From Patescibacteria group bacterium (GTDB lineage: Bacteria; Patescibacteriota; Patescibacteriia; UBA10025; JAHIVO01): a stretch of 64,000 nt of DNA. Below are positions 36,675 to 46,586 of this stretch, one piece after another. The stretch is taken from positions 422,611-486,610 of the forward strand of contig JBMOKY010000001.1 of assembly GCA_049325535.1 (NCBI GenBank), in the 5' to 3' direction. Position 1 is the first letter of the stretch. Each line of letters opens with the position of its first letter. The translations under genes and the position numbers were made by a program. The notes under the pieces were generated by a model. The model saw only the letters and a list, made by a program, of their open reading frames with translations, made no database searches and was not told where the DNA came from.

Positions 36675-37982
36675 ATGAAGAAAAAATCTGCAAAACGGAG
36701 GGCAAAGAAAGAAATAGTGACTATCGTCGGCATCGGTTACGTTGGTTTGCCGCTTGCCTGCCTGTGCGGAGAAAAGGGCTACGCCACGTTTGGCATTTCC
36801 AAGGAAAAAGCCAAGGTCAATATGATCAATAAGGGCATATCTCCGATTAAGGGGGATAAGGAATTGGCGACCTGGGTGGCAAAGAAATATTTTACGGCTA
36901 CGACAAGTTTTGAGTCAGTAAAAAAATCAGACATAGTGGTGATTTGCGTGCCGACGCCGATCGACCATATGCATAATCCCAATTTAGAACCGGTGCGCAG
37001 TGCCAGCAAGAATATCGCCAAATATTTACGTAAAGGGCAACTGGTCGTGATGGAGTCGACGGTCAATCCGGGGGTGTGCGAAGAGGTGATACAACCGATA
37101 CTGGAAAAGGGTTCGGGGCTGCGAGCCGGTAAGGATTTTTATTTGGCACATTCACCAGAGCGGATCAATCCAGGCGATCCCAAATGGAACGTGCGGAATA
37201 TCCCTCGTTGTGTCGGCGCTTTGAGTCAGACCGGACTGAAAAAAGCAGTCAAATTTTACCGATCAATTCTCGAGGGCGAAGTACGCCCCATGAAATCGAT
37301 TAAGGAAGCTGAGGCAACCAAAATCATCGAGAATTCTTTCCGGGACATCAATATTGCTTTTGTGAATGAACTGGCAAAATCTTTTGAGGTGCTGGGTATC
37401 GATTTGGTGGATGTGATTGAGGGTGCCAAAACCAAGCCGTTTGCATTTATGGCTCACTACCCATCGTGCGGCGTGGGCGGACATTGTATTCCGGTTGATC
37501 CGTATTATCTGATCGAACGAGCTCGGGTAGCTGGTTTTGATCATCGTTTTCTGAAATTAGCCCGAGATATCAATAATAGCATGCCGGCTTACACGGTCGA
37601 ACAGCTGATGAAAGGTCTCAATCAGATCCGCAAGCCGCTCAAGGGTACCCGCGTCGGTCTGCTCGGGCTTTCCTACAAAGCAAACGTCGATGACCTGCGC
37701 GAGAGCCCGGCTTTGGACATTCTCGATCTGCTGAAGAAGGAAGGCGCGATTGTGGATACATTTGATCCATATTTCCCCGATCGATCGACCGTGAAGGATC
37801 TGGAATCATTGCTGCGAAAAGTCGAAGCGGTAGTCATCGCCACCAATCATCGTGAATTTATGGAAGTCCCGACGTCAGCTTTTAAAAAGAACGGAGTTAA
37901 AGTAATTGTGGATGGTAAAAATTGCCTTGATAAATCGAAATTAGTTGCTTCGGGTATCATTTATCGAGGAATCGGACGATGA
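36675..37982 (+). CDS. nucleotide-sugar 6-dehydrogenase (UDP-Glc/UDP-GlcNAc/UDP-ManNAc dehydrogenase family)
   Basis: N-terminal Rossmann VGIGYVGLP, catalytic Cys GGHCIPVDP; 435 aa (WbpA/WecC-like size). Confidence 0.8.
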   Translation: MKKKSAKRRAKKEIVTIVGIGYVGLPLACLCGEKGYATFGISKEKAKVNMINKGISPIKGDKELATWVAKKYFTATTSFESVKKSDIVVICVPTPIDHMHNPNLEPVRSASKNIAKYLRKGQLVVMESTVNPGVCEEVIQPILEKGSGLRAGKDFYLAHSPERINPGDPKWNVRNIPRCVGALSQTGLKKAVKFYRSILEGEVRPMKSIKEAEATKIIENSFRDINIAFVNELAKSFEVLGIDLVDVIEGAKTKPFAFMAHYPSCGVGGHCIPVDPYYLIERARVAGFDHRFLKLARDINNSMPAYTVEQLMKGLNQIRKPLKGTRVGLLGLSYKANVDDLRESPALDILDLLKKEGAIVDTFDPYFPDRSTVKDLESLLRKVEAVVIATNHREFMEVPTSAFKKNGVKVIVDGKNCLDKSKLVASGIIYRGIGR

Positions 37983-38653
37983 AGGTTTTTGTCGTCATTC
38001 CGGCACTGAATGAGAGCCAGCGCATCGGCGCGGTGGTAGAGCGCGTGCGGCAGCGGTATCCGTATGTGATCGTAGTCGATGACGGGTCTGACGATGGCAC
38101 GGGTCAGGTAGCCGCCAGCGCCGGCGCCATGGTACTGACGCATGCTATCAATCGGGGTCAGGGCGCATCACTCAAAACAGCGATTCTGTATGCGCTCGAT
38201 CATGAGGCTGAGGCGATTGTCACATTCGACGCGGATGGCCAGCATGATGCCGAGGATATCGATCGGCTGCTTCTGCCTATCCACGAGGGCCGTGCTGACG
38301 TCGTTCTTGGTTCGCGTTTTTTGCAGAATACTACAGAAAACATGCCCCCATTGCGGAAGCTGATGCTCCGGGCGGCAGTCATTTTTACCCGGTTTGCCTC
38401 CGGGCTCAATGTAACCGACACGCACAATGGCTTACGCGCCTTTACCCGGGAGGCGGCGCATCGTATTAAAATTCACCAGGACCGCATGGCGCACGCTTCA
38501 GAGATTCTCGATGAGATCAATCGTAATCAATTGCGATTCGTGGAGGTACCGGTAACCATCCGCTACAGCGCCTACTCCACCGGGAAAGGACAGAGTACGC
38601 TGTCATTTGGCAAAGTATTATTTAAGTATATTATTGGCCGCATCATGCGATGA
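37979..38653 (+). CDS. GT2 family polyprenol-phosphate glycosyltransferase
   Basis: VIPALNES, VVDDGSDDGT, DADGQHD motifs; 224 aa. Confidence 0.75.
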   Translation: MKVFVVIPALNESQRIGAVVERVRQRYPYVIVVDDGSDDGTGQVAASAGAMVLTHAINRGQGASLKTAILYALDHEAEAIVTFDADGQHDAEDIDRLLLPIHEGRADVVLGSRFLQNTTENMPPLRKLMLRAAVIFTRFASGLNVTDTHNGLRAFTREAAHRIKIHQDRMAHASEILDEINRNQLRFVEVPVTIRYSAYSTGKGQSTLSFGKVLFKYIIGRIMR

Positions 38654-38997
38654 TTATCAAGATTCTCATTTCGCTGTTTGTCGTATTTGCCGCGTCGCGG
38701 GCGTATTTACGATACCGAAGCGGATCAATATCAAATCTCGCCTTGTTTATTTGGCTATTTTTATGGTTTGCGGTTGCTTTTTTCGTCTGGTGGCCACATG
38801 CCGCAGCGGTGATAGCCGATACCGTCGGCGTCGGCCGCGGTGTCGACGCGCTGGTATACATCTCGATCGTGGCATTGTTCTATGGCGTATTTCGTTTGTA
38901 CGTCAAGCTAGAATTTATGGAGCGGGAAATCACCCAGCTCGTCAGAAATAAAGCATTAGCAGACGCGAAGAATAAGGATGAACATAGTACTCATTAG
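38650..38997 (+). CDS. DUF2304-like small membrane protein
   Basis: 115 aa, 3 TM plus C-terminal amphipathic helix; 4-nt overlap with the GT2 gene, a pairing I recall as typical for DUF2304. Confidence 0.45.
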   Translation: MIIKILISLFVVFAASRAYLRYRSGSISNLALFIWLFLWFAVAFFVWWPHAAAVIADTVGVGRGVDALVYISIVALFYGVFRLYVKLEFMEREITQLVRNKALADAKNKDEHSTH

Positions 38998-40105
38998 TGA
39001 GTATTTTCCGCGTTCTAATGAGCGCGAAATGCGCGGAGGTGTGGAAGCGCGTTGTTTTTATATTGCCCGGGAATTAGCGAAAAAAAATCGCGTATGGGTC
39101 ATCGCCAGTCGTGAGCCGGAGTGCGCTGATCGTGCGGATATCGGCGCGGTAACTGTACTGCGCGTCGGCCCGCGACGGGAGTATATACACCACCAGGGTT
39201 TATGGAGCCGTTTTATGTTTGCCTGGTCGGTGGCACGGACGCGGCTGCCAGAATCACCCGATATCGTCGATGCGCAGGCAATCGTCACGTACCTTCCTGG
39301 CTATTGGCTGGCGCGGCGCTACCGTGCGCGGGCGGTGATGACCGTGCATGATTCGTGGCTCGGCCAATGGATGCAGCTCTTCGGGCTGGCGGGAATCATC
39401 GGGGAAATTGTGGAGCGACTGTATTTACTTCTGCATTGGGACGGGGTGATCGCCAATTCTCGGTATACGCTGGATAAAGTGCGCAATCGGATCAAGGCAC
39501 CCACAGAGGTAGTGTACAATGGAATCGACCATCAGCATCTGCCTGAGCCGGAACAACAGGCAGAATCCGGCACACTCTGTGTCATCAGCCGGCTGGTGCC
39601 GTATAAACGAGTCGGTGATGTGCTGCAGGCGCTGGCCATGCTCCAGAAGCAGGGGAAGCGTATCCGATGCCATATCATCGGTTCCGGGCCTGAATCAGAG
39701 CGTCTCAGGCAAGAGGCAGAGCTACTCGGTGTAGCCGCGCAGGTAGTTTTCCATGGTTTTATGGCCCGGCATGAGGATGTACTGCGGGTATTACAATCAA
39801 GCATGCTGCTCTGCCACCCTTCGGCTGTGGAGGGGTTTGGTATCGTCACGCTGGAGGCGGCACTGGTCAATCGCCCGTACGTCGCTACCAGCATTCCCGC
39901 AGTGCGTGAGGTTACCCGCGATGGCAGGGGAGGTGTTTTATATCCGGTAGGTGATATCGCTCGTCTGGCTGAATCGCTGGATCATGTGCTCTCTGACCCG
40001 CATGTGTATCAGCAAAAGCAAAAAGAGCTTCCGGATCTGGTCCGGCACTATCAGTGGAAAACCCAGGCAGCCACTACAGTGTCATTTTATCAATCATTAC
40101 TATGA
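38978..40105 (+). CDS. GT4 family glycosyltransferase
   Basis: EGFGIVTLEAALVNRPYV motif; 375 aa. Confidence 0.75.
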   Translation: MNIVLISEYFPRSNEREMRGGVEARCFYIARELAKKNRVWVIASREPECADRADIGAVTVLRVGPRREYIHHQGLWSRFMFAWSVARTRLPESPDIVDAQAIVTYLPGYWLARRYRARAVMTVHDSWLGQWMQLFGLAGIIGEIVERLYLLLHWDGVIANSRYTLDKVRNRIKAPTEVVYNGIDHQHLPEPEQQAESGTLCVISRLVPYKRVGDVLQALAMLQKQGKRIRCHIIGSGPESERLRQEAELLGVAAQVVFHGFMARHEDVLRVLQSSMLLCHPSAVEGFGIVTLEAALVNRPYVATSIPAVREVTRDGRGGVLYPVGDIARLAESLDHVLSDPHVYQQKQKELPDLVRHYQWKTQAATTVSFYQSLL

Positions 40106-41220
40106 GCAAGCCAAAGCGTATAACATTCATCATCGATGCCTGGTACCCGCTCGTGGGCGGCGGTCAGGAGTACGTACGCGAGATGGCAAATCGCCTGGTC
40201 GGTGAATATGGCTGCCGCGTGCGGATCATTACCAGAAAAATCAGCGGTACCCCTGTTCAGTATCAGCTAAACCCGTCAGTGCAGCTCGTTTGTCTCGGGC
40301 CGAGGAGTTCGTTTAATAATATTGCTGTACGCATTTGGTTTCTGATTGCCAGCACTGTATATCTTCTTCTCCATGCAGCTGCGGACGTGTATGCACCGCA
40401 ATCCGTGACTCCGGGAATCGTCGGAAAAGTAGTCGGCTGGTGCCGACGACGTCCGGTCGTCATGGTGGTCCACGGCTCGCAATTGACAAATTCCCATGCA
40501 AAACGGGGGATTCAGTTTTACATTGAGCGTTGTATCCTGACAAAAATTCGGTATACCTTCGTCATCAGCGTCGCTGAATCATTTATCCGAATACCCAATG
40601 TAAATAAAAATATTACTGCGATTCCAAACGGCGTAGATGTAACAGCATTTGATGGCGTACCGACAGAAAAAACCACTCATCCAAGTATTCTTTTTGTAGG
40701 TCGGCTCGATGCCGTGAAAGGAGTGGATATACTGCTGCGGGCTTTTCATTCGCTGATCGCATCTGGGGACAGGGTAAGCAGGCTGCGCATCGTGGGTTAT
40801 GGTTTTGAGGAAGATAATCTGAAGCAATTAGCTCGGTCACTGAGTATTAGTGAGCGAGTAGATTTTCTAGGGAAAGTAACCGGCGACGATTTAATGGTGC
40901 TGTATAAGTCATCCTGGGTGTTTGTATTGCCATCCTGGTCAGAAGGCCACCCTCTGACGTTACTTGAGGCCTGGGCGGCTCGTTTGCCGGTGGTGGCGAC
41001 TGACGTAGGGGATGTGGGTCAGTATCTCATAGACGGACAGAATGGCCGACTGGTAGCCGCCGGCGATAGTGCTGGGCTGGCTACGGCCCTGGCCAGCGTT
41101 TTGCGTGACCCGCAACGTACGAAGATGGGCGATCGGGGACGTCAGCTTGTGCATGACAAATACACTTGGGAACGGACGGTCGCCGCGACTTATACGATGG
41201 TATATAATCATATTGCTTAA
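40102..41220 (+). CDS. GT4 family glycosyltransferase (start at MSKPKRITF)
   Basis: EGHPLTLLEAWAARLPVV motif; ORF-track start 40054 overlaps the upstream gene. Confidence 0.75.
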   Translation: MSKPKRITFIIDAWYPLVGGGQEYVREMANRLVGEYGCRVRIITRKISGTPVQYQLNPSVQLVCLGPRSSFNNIAVRIWFLIASTVYLLLHAAADVYAPQSVTPGIVGKVVGWCRRRPVVMVVHGSQLTNSHAKRGIQFYIERCILTKIRYTFVISVAESFIRIPNVNKNITAIPNGVDVTAFDGVPTEKTTHPSILFVGRLDAVKGVDILLRAFHSLIASGDRVSRLRIVGYGFEEDNLKQLARSLSISERVDFLGKVTGDDLMVLYKSSWVFVLPSWSEGHPLTLLEAWAARLPVVATDVGDVGQYLIDGQNGRLVAAGDSAGLATALASVLRDPQRTKMGDRGRQLVHDKYTWERTVAATYTMVYNHIA

Positions 41221-41225
41221 TACCA

Positions 41226-42548
41226 ATGCGACGTTTTATTGATTTATTGCAAACGAGTTTAAGGCAGCATGCGCCCATCGTGGTACTGCGCGGGTTTGAT
41301 GGCAATACGACGAAAACAACGTCACCCGATATTGATGTGCTGATACAGGCAGAAGCTATTCAGGCGGTCGACGAGCTATTAAACAGTTGGGGGTACCGAT
41401 ATTGTCCTGAAGCGTCATTCGTGAAAGACCATAAAGGATATCGAAACACTAGTCTAGATAGCGACCTTCCTCGATCACTCGATGTACATATTGGGGACCT
41501 GTCATGGAATGAATTATCCTATATACACAACGAGCAAATGTGGAACCGTCTGAATATGGATAGCGGATTTCTGAAATTATCCCAAGAGGATACCGTTATC
41601 ATGCTGGTGTGCCACTCTATCCTCGGTAAGCGGTATTTCAAGAAGCAGTATCAGCGGGAAATTAATCAGTTGCTTCGCGGTGGTGATATTGATTTTGACT
41701 ATATTGCGTCAAATTTTATCAGAATATTCGGTGAGCAGTGGGGACGTAGAGTATGGGATTTGATCCGTCATGATGATTATACTGGTCTGATCGCGCAGCG
41801 GTATTGGGTGCTGTTTGAGTTTATTGCCCGCTCTGGGAGAGTGTGGACTTTCATCCGGGTCGTGATGCGCTGGGTACCCTGGAGGATCCGCCAAATAGTA
41901 CGCCGAGGCGTTCTTATCTCATTTATTGGGATGGACGGAGCGGGTAAGACGCAAACTACGCAGGCAGTGTATGAAACGCTGCTGAGGATGGGTGTCCGCA
42001 GTCGCATCATCTATACTGGCCGGGGGAGGAAGAATATTATCCCCATCGGCATTCTAGGGGCACCCTATAAACGTCTTGAGGCGCGTATGGAAAGCAAACG
42101 ATCATCCGGGAGTGCCGCACCGGCGGGAAAGTCCAGTGGATTGAAAATTGCCCAGCGCATTTTATATACTCTAGCAGCTCCAGTTTTTGCCGCTGATCTC
42201 TTTTTCCGTTATTGGCTAATTGTTTTCCCGAGTTTGTGGAAATATGATGTGGTTATCACCGATCGGTACAGTTCCGATTTATTGCTCATGGACCATGTGC
42301 CGATGGGGTTCAAGAAATTTTTCTTTGGCCTTTTTCCCCGGCCGCGCCTGTTTATTTATTTGTATCATGATATTGCCGTTTTACATCAGCGTCGTCCCGA
42401 TCATCCACTGCAGGATTTAGAACGCCAAAGTAAACTGTTTGATACAATTCTTCCCACTCTCGGTGCGGATAAGGTGAAAACCGAATCAGTCGATTTGTCC
42501 GTCAGTACGTGCACAGAACTCATCATTCAGAAAGTTAGTGGACGATGA
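41226..42548 (+). CDS. fusion protein: N-terminal minimal nucleotidyltransferase-like domain plus C-terminal P-loop (thymidylate-kinase-like) kinase domain
   Basis: N-terminus LRGFDGNTTKTTSPDIDVLI fits the hG[GS]-x9-13-DhDh NTase motif; C-terminus FIGMDGAGKTQT Walker A and DRY-like motif (ITDRYSSD). Confidence 0.4.
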   Translation: MRRFIDLLQTSLRQHAPIVVLRGFDGNTTKTTSPDIDVLIQAEAIQAVDELLNSWGYRYCPEASFVKDHKGYRNTSLDSDLPRSLDVHIGDLSWNELSYIHNEQMWNRLNMDSGFLKLSQEDTVIMLVCHSILGKRYFKKQYQREINQLLRGGDIDFDYIASNFIRIFGEQWGRRVWDLIRHDDYTGLIAQRYWVLFEFIARSGRVWTFIRVVMRWVPWRIRQIVRRGVLISFIGMDGAGKTQTTQAVYETLLRMGVRSRIIYTGRGRKNIIPIGILGAPYKRLEARMESKRSSGSAAPAGKSSGLKIAQRILYTLAAPVFAADLFFRYWLIVFPSLWKYDVVITDRYSSDLLLMDHVPMGFKKFFFGLFPRPRLFIYLYHDIAVLHQRRPDHPLQDLERQSKLFDTILPTLGADKVKTESVDLSVSTCTELIIQKVSGR

Positions 42549-43732
42549 ATATTGCTTTTCTCACACCAGCGTTTGACCCACGCCAGCACGAAGCGAGCGT
42601 CATAACTATCACGTCATTAGCGGCGTATTTACAATCAGAGGGTCACCGCGTCATCGTAATCCAGAACCGCGAGTCGGGCCTGTCGCGAGGGGAGATGACT
42701 GACCAGGGCGTTTGTATCGAGCGGCCATATGCATTTTTTAATTTTTCCATAGGCAAGGGGTTTAATCCATTGCATTTTTTTGATTTAGTGATTGCTCATG
42801 CCCTCGGGGTTCGCTGGGTGGAAAAAAAGTATGGTATGCAGTTTGATGTACTTCACAGCTTCAGCGCCGCTCCGCTACTGATGTATCGAGCGCTTCTGGC
42901 ACGAATTTTGCTTCGCCGCTGCATGCCACTTATACATTCTTTCAAATCGATTTCCCAATATCGGATGGGGGGGTATTTTCCTCGGCGCGCCGCTCGATCG
43001 TTTCATACGCTTACGGTTCAGACTGAATATCAATTTGAGTATTTAGTGGAGCGCGGGGTTGATCGGGATCGCATCTGGCTTGTTCCTTCTCATGTCAATA
43101 CTGATAAATTTAAGCCTCGTGATCGAAACTCGCTGAAAAAGAAATATGGGTTTGACGGTCAGTATATCGTGCTCTACTATGGCCACTTCCTCGAGGTAAA
43201 AGGGGTGGAGTATTTGGTACGTGCAGTCCCCCAGCTGCGCGCATCGAATCGCCGGCCGTTTAAAGTGCTTCTGGCATGGAGTGGTCTCGGGCCGTCTGAC
43301 GCGTATGATCGCTTGATTGCTCAGCTCGACGTATATGGTAGCATTCAGGTATTGAAAGATACGAAGAAGCCTATCGAGGAATATGTCAGCATGGCCGATG
43401 TCGTGGTGTTGCCGTACCCACATCTGAAAGCAACTGAAGCAAACCCCTCATGTATTTTGGAAAGCATGGCCAGTCAAACGCTTGTCGTGACGACTGATTT
43501 AGAAGAATTGCCCAGATTTTTACAATCGGAAAAAAATGTGTTGAAGGTGCCGCCTCGCGATCACTCTTCGCTGAGCGCTGTACTGAGCAGCTTAATTGGC
43601 CAGCAGAAGCATGTACAGGATATTGTCGACCAGGCATATGCCGAGTCACGCCAGTTCAGTCTCAGTCAAGTAGGCAATACATATTCAGAATTATACGAAA
43701 ATGCAATAAGCGATAGTTCTCGACATAAATAA
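42545..43732 (+). CDS. GT4 family glycosyltransferase
   Basis: GT-B two-domain architecture; 395 aa; 4-nt overlap with the preceding gene. Confidence 0.65.
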   Translation: MNIAFLTPAFDPRQHEASVITITSLAAYLQSEGHRVIVIQNRESGLSRGEMTDQGVCIERPYAFFNFSIGKGFNPLHFFDLVIAHALGVRWVEKKYGMQFDVLHSFSAAPLLMYRALLARILLRRCMPLIHSFKSISQYRMGGYFPRRAARSFHTLTVQTEYQFEYLVERGVDRDRIWLVPSHVNTDKFKPRDRNSLKKKYGFDGQYIVLYYGHFLEVKGVEYLVRAVPQLRASNRRPFKVLLAWSGLGPSDAYDRLIAQLDVYGSIQVLKDTKKPIEEYVSMADVVVLPYPHLKATEANPSCILESMASQTLVVTTDLEELPRFLQSEKNVLKVPPRDHSSLSAVLSSLIGQQKHVQDIVDQAYAESRQFSLSQVGNTYSELYENAISDSSRHK

Positions 43733-43770
43733 TCTTTTTAGTATCATTGAGCTTGGAGTAAGCGAAGGTC

Positions 43771-45390
43771 ATGACATACGATTATAAAAAAATAATTACG
43801 ATTTGTTTAGCGACTTGTTTGATGGTTTTAGCGGTCGTTCTGTTTTTTGCTGGCAATGATATTACGGGAAGCTTTGATTCTTTAGATCATCTTTCTCTAG
43901 TCAAGAAAATTAGTTCGGAGGAAAATTTTGCACATGCTTCTTATTTTTGGGGAAATATCAGGTCGGTGTATCCACCGTTACTATATTCGCTTACGGTCGT
44001 AGTCCAAAAGATGGGTGGAATTGAGGATTACGCAGTGTTAGCTAATCTTATGAGTGTCGTCATTTTCGTGATGTATATTGCCATTTCATTCCTTATCGGA
44101 AAGAAGATATTTTCGTCGCGCATTCTCGGCATCACCGTCGTCCTTTTTTCATTATGTACGTACTATGTGGGCAGGCGTTTTTCACTATTTCTACCAGAAA
44201 ATCTTTCGATCGTTATATTTTTGTCATATTTGTATGTCGTATTTATTTCTGATTTTCGATGGGTGTGGCGCATAGGCATCGGGGGGGCGCTTCTGGGATG
44301 CGTTCTATTGACTAATGTACTGACGAGTTCCATGGCCATTTCGGTTCTGCTGCTTACCATTCCCATTCTTTTCTGGAATAAAAAGTATGCACTGCTGCTC
44401 ACTATTAGTTCGAGCGTAGTCATAGCCGCAGTGATGTCGTACTATAACATAATCGTGATCAATGGTGATTTATTCTGGATGAATTATATCAAGATTCCAC
44501 TAGTGCTCTCATTTTGCGCTTCAGTTACTGTGCTGGTTTTTGATACGCTCCAGGCCTTGTTTCAAATTTCCCGACGGCAAAGTTTGGCCGTAGGTATCGC
44601 GGGTTTAATAATAATCGCGATATTGTTTTATACACCACTCCTGCACTTTGTGACCGGAGAGCAGTACTGGAGCTATGATCAGTTTGGTCTGAAATTGGAC
44701 CAAAATATTTCACGGTATTTTTTTGACAATGGCGCATCGCGGCTTGGCATGAACCCCGTGGTGGCGATTATGGGTTTATTTTCGTTGGTTGTCATGCTTT
44801 TCGCCAAGCGTCTTTTTGATTCCCGTTTATTACCTTTTGTGGTCGCGGTGCTGTTGTCCCTGTTTATCGTCCTGGTTGGCCCCTATTTCGGCATTGAACC
44901 ATCAAATAATGCTCCACGGGCCATGCTGTATATATCAGTTTTTATTCCGGTTATAGCGGTATTTGCCCTACACACACTAAAAAATAACCGCTTATTTCAG
45001 GTAGGGTTACCGGTCGTGGTGGCAGCGCTTCTGATCACCTCAATCCCAAATGTCATCCGCTTCGCTGACACGACTATCGTAAAACCACCACAAACGCTCA
45101 TTGATTACGTCTCGGCTCATGTGGAACCTCATGATATTTTTATTGCACATCCCGTCACATTCAATAGTGTATACGTTTTGGGCGGAGGGGATTTGACCCA
45201 TTTATTTTATACGCCTATCGTGAATACCCAATTTTCTGAAACTGAAAACCTGGATAAAATAATGCAATATGATACTGTGTATGTCGTCGACGGGCCGTAT
45301 GGGAAATTTTCCCAGTATATTACCGGCGGGGAAAAACGCGAGGTTGTTTCCGAGGCTGGATATACATTATTTGCAGTTTCACGTCAATGA
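43771..45390 (+). CDS. large polytopic membrane protein, possible GT-C-fold glycosyltransferase or polymerase
   Basis: 539 aa with ~12 TM helices plus C-terminal soluble domain; AT-rich codon usage; no firm family call. Confidence 0.4.
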   Translation: MTYDYKKIITICLATCLMVLAVVLFFAGNDITGSFDSLDHLSLVKKISSEENFAHASYFWGNIRSVYPPLLYSLTVVVQKMGGIEDYAVLANLMSVVIFVMYIAISFLIGKKIFSSRILGITVVLFSLCTYYVGRRFSLFLPENLSIVIFLSYLYVVFISDFRWVWRIGIGGALLGCVLLTNVLTSSMAISVLLLTIPILFWNKKYALLLTISSSVVIAAVMSYYNIIVINGDLFWMNYIKIPLVLSFCASVTVLVFDTLQALFQISRRQSLAVGIAGLIIIAILFYTPLLHFVTGEQYWSYDQFGLKLDQNISRYFFDNGASRLGMNPVVAIMGLFSLVVMLFAKRLFDSRLLPFVVAVLLSLFIVLVGPYFGIEPSNNAPRAMLYISVFIPVIAVFALHTLKNNRLFQVGLPVVVAALLITSIPNVIRFADTTIVKPPQTLIDYVSAHVEPHDIFIAHPVTFNSVYVLGGGDLTHLFYTPIVNTQFSETENLDKIMQYDTVYVVDGPYGKFSQYITGGEKREVVSEAGYTLFAVSRQ

Positions 45391-46586
45391 AAATATTGGT
45401 AAGCGCTTTTGTATATTTAGGTGAAGACGCGGGCTCGACCCATGTGGTGGAAGTCTGGCGGCATATTATCGGCAGACACGATGTTCGGCTGCTCCTGCCG
45501 CAGGTTTCACACAGCGTTAGGTCGGATTATGGACGGCGTATAGAGCTGCAATCCGTACAATTTGTACCCTGTACCCGCCGGTCACGATTTCGGTATTTGA
45601 GGAGAATAAAGTTTGCCCTGACTTCTTTTTGGTATGATGTGTATACGGTATGCACTGCACTGAGCCAACCGTATGATGTAATTTATTTCCGTACCCGGTA
45701 TTTAAGTTTTGCTCCATTGGTACTGAAGTTTTTTGGGAAAAAATATGTTTGTGAGGTAAATGGGCTAGCAAAATATGGTGCTTCAAAAATTAAAAAAAGT
45801 ACCATTATCTCATTGACCTTGGCCGCGCACATGTTTCTGGAAAAAAGAGCGCTGAGAGGTGCGATGAAAATTATTACCGTGACTGAGGAATTGATCGGTC
45901 AACTGCAAAAGGAATATAGTGTGGACAGGTTACGCTGTGTGGTCATTCCGAATGGGGTAGATATTGATTTATTTAAGCCGGGTCAGGCAAAAAGCTCTTA
46001 TGAAAAAAATCACGTATTCAGGATTGGATTTGTTGGTCACTTTGCACCTTGGCAGGGAATTCAAAATGTCCTACCTGTCATTCCAGCAGTGAATAAGCAA
46101 TTTCCTGTAAAATTATTATTAGTTGGTGATGGAATGATGCTGCAGGAATGGAAAACGACTGCAGAGCGGATGCTCGAACCTCAGCAGTATGAATTTTTAG
46201 GTATGATTACCTATGATCAGGTACCTAAATATATTCAATCTTTCGATTTTTGTATCGCACCATTTACAATGGAGCGCAATACTGACATTGGTTTATCCCC
46301 GCTGAAACTGTATGAGTATCTTGCCTGCGCAAAACCTGTGCTGGTAACTGACATACCAGGCGTTTCGGAAATCGTTCATGTGAATAATGTTGGCGTAGTC
46401 ATTCCTGATAGTTCTCAAGAGAACATGGTGCGTGGGATAAGTCAGATGATTGAAAGGAGAGATGAGTGGCCAGCAATGGGACGACGGGGGCGGCATCTTG
46501 TAGAGCGTGATTATAGTTGGAAGGTAAATTCTGAAAAAGTTGTTATCACCCTTGGAAATCATTTATCAATTCGGAGTACTCATTGA
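45387..46586 (+). CDS. GT4 family glycosyltransferase
   Basis: GT-B architecture, C-terminal LKLYEYLACAKPVL motif; 399 aa. Confidence 0.7.
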   Translation: MKILVSAFVYLGEDAGSTHVVEVWRHIIGRHDVRLLLPQVSHSVRSDYGRRIELQSVQFVPCTRRSRFRYLRRIKFALTSFWYDVYTVCTALSQPYDVIYFRTRYLSFAPLVLKFFGKKYVCEVNGLAKYGASKIKKSTIISLTLAAHMFLEKRALRGAMKIITVTEELIGQLQKEYSVDRLRCVVIPNGVDIDLFKPGQAKSSYEKNHVFRIGFVGHFAPWQGIQNVLPVIPAVNKQFPVKLLLVGDGMMLQEWKTTAERMLEPQQYEFLGMITYDQVPKYIQSFDFCIAPFTMERNTDIGLSPLKLYEYLACAKPVLVTDIPGVSEIVHVNNVGVVIPDSSQENMVRGISQMIERRDEWPAMGRRGRHLVERDYSWKVNSEKVVITLGNHLSIRSTH

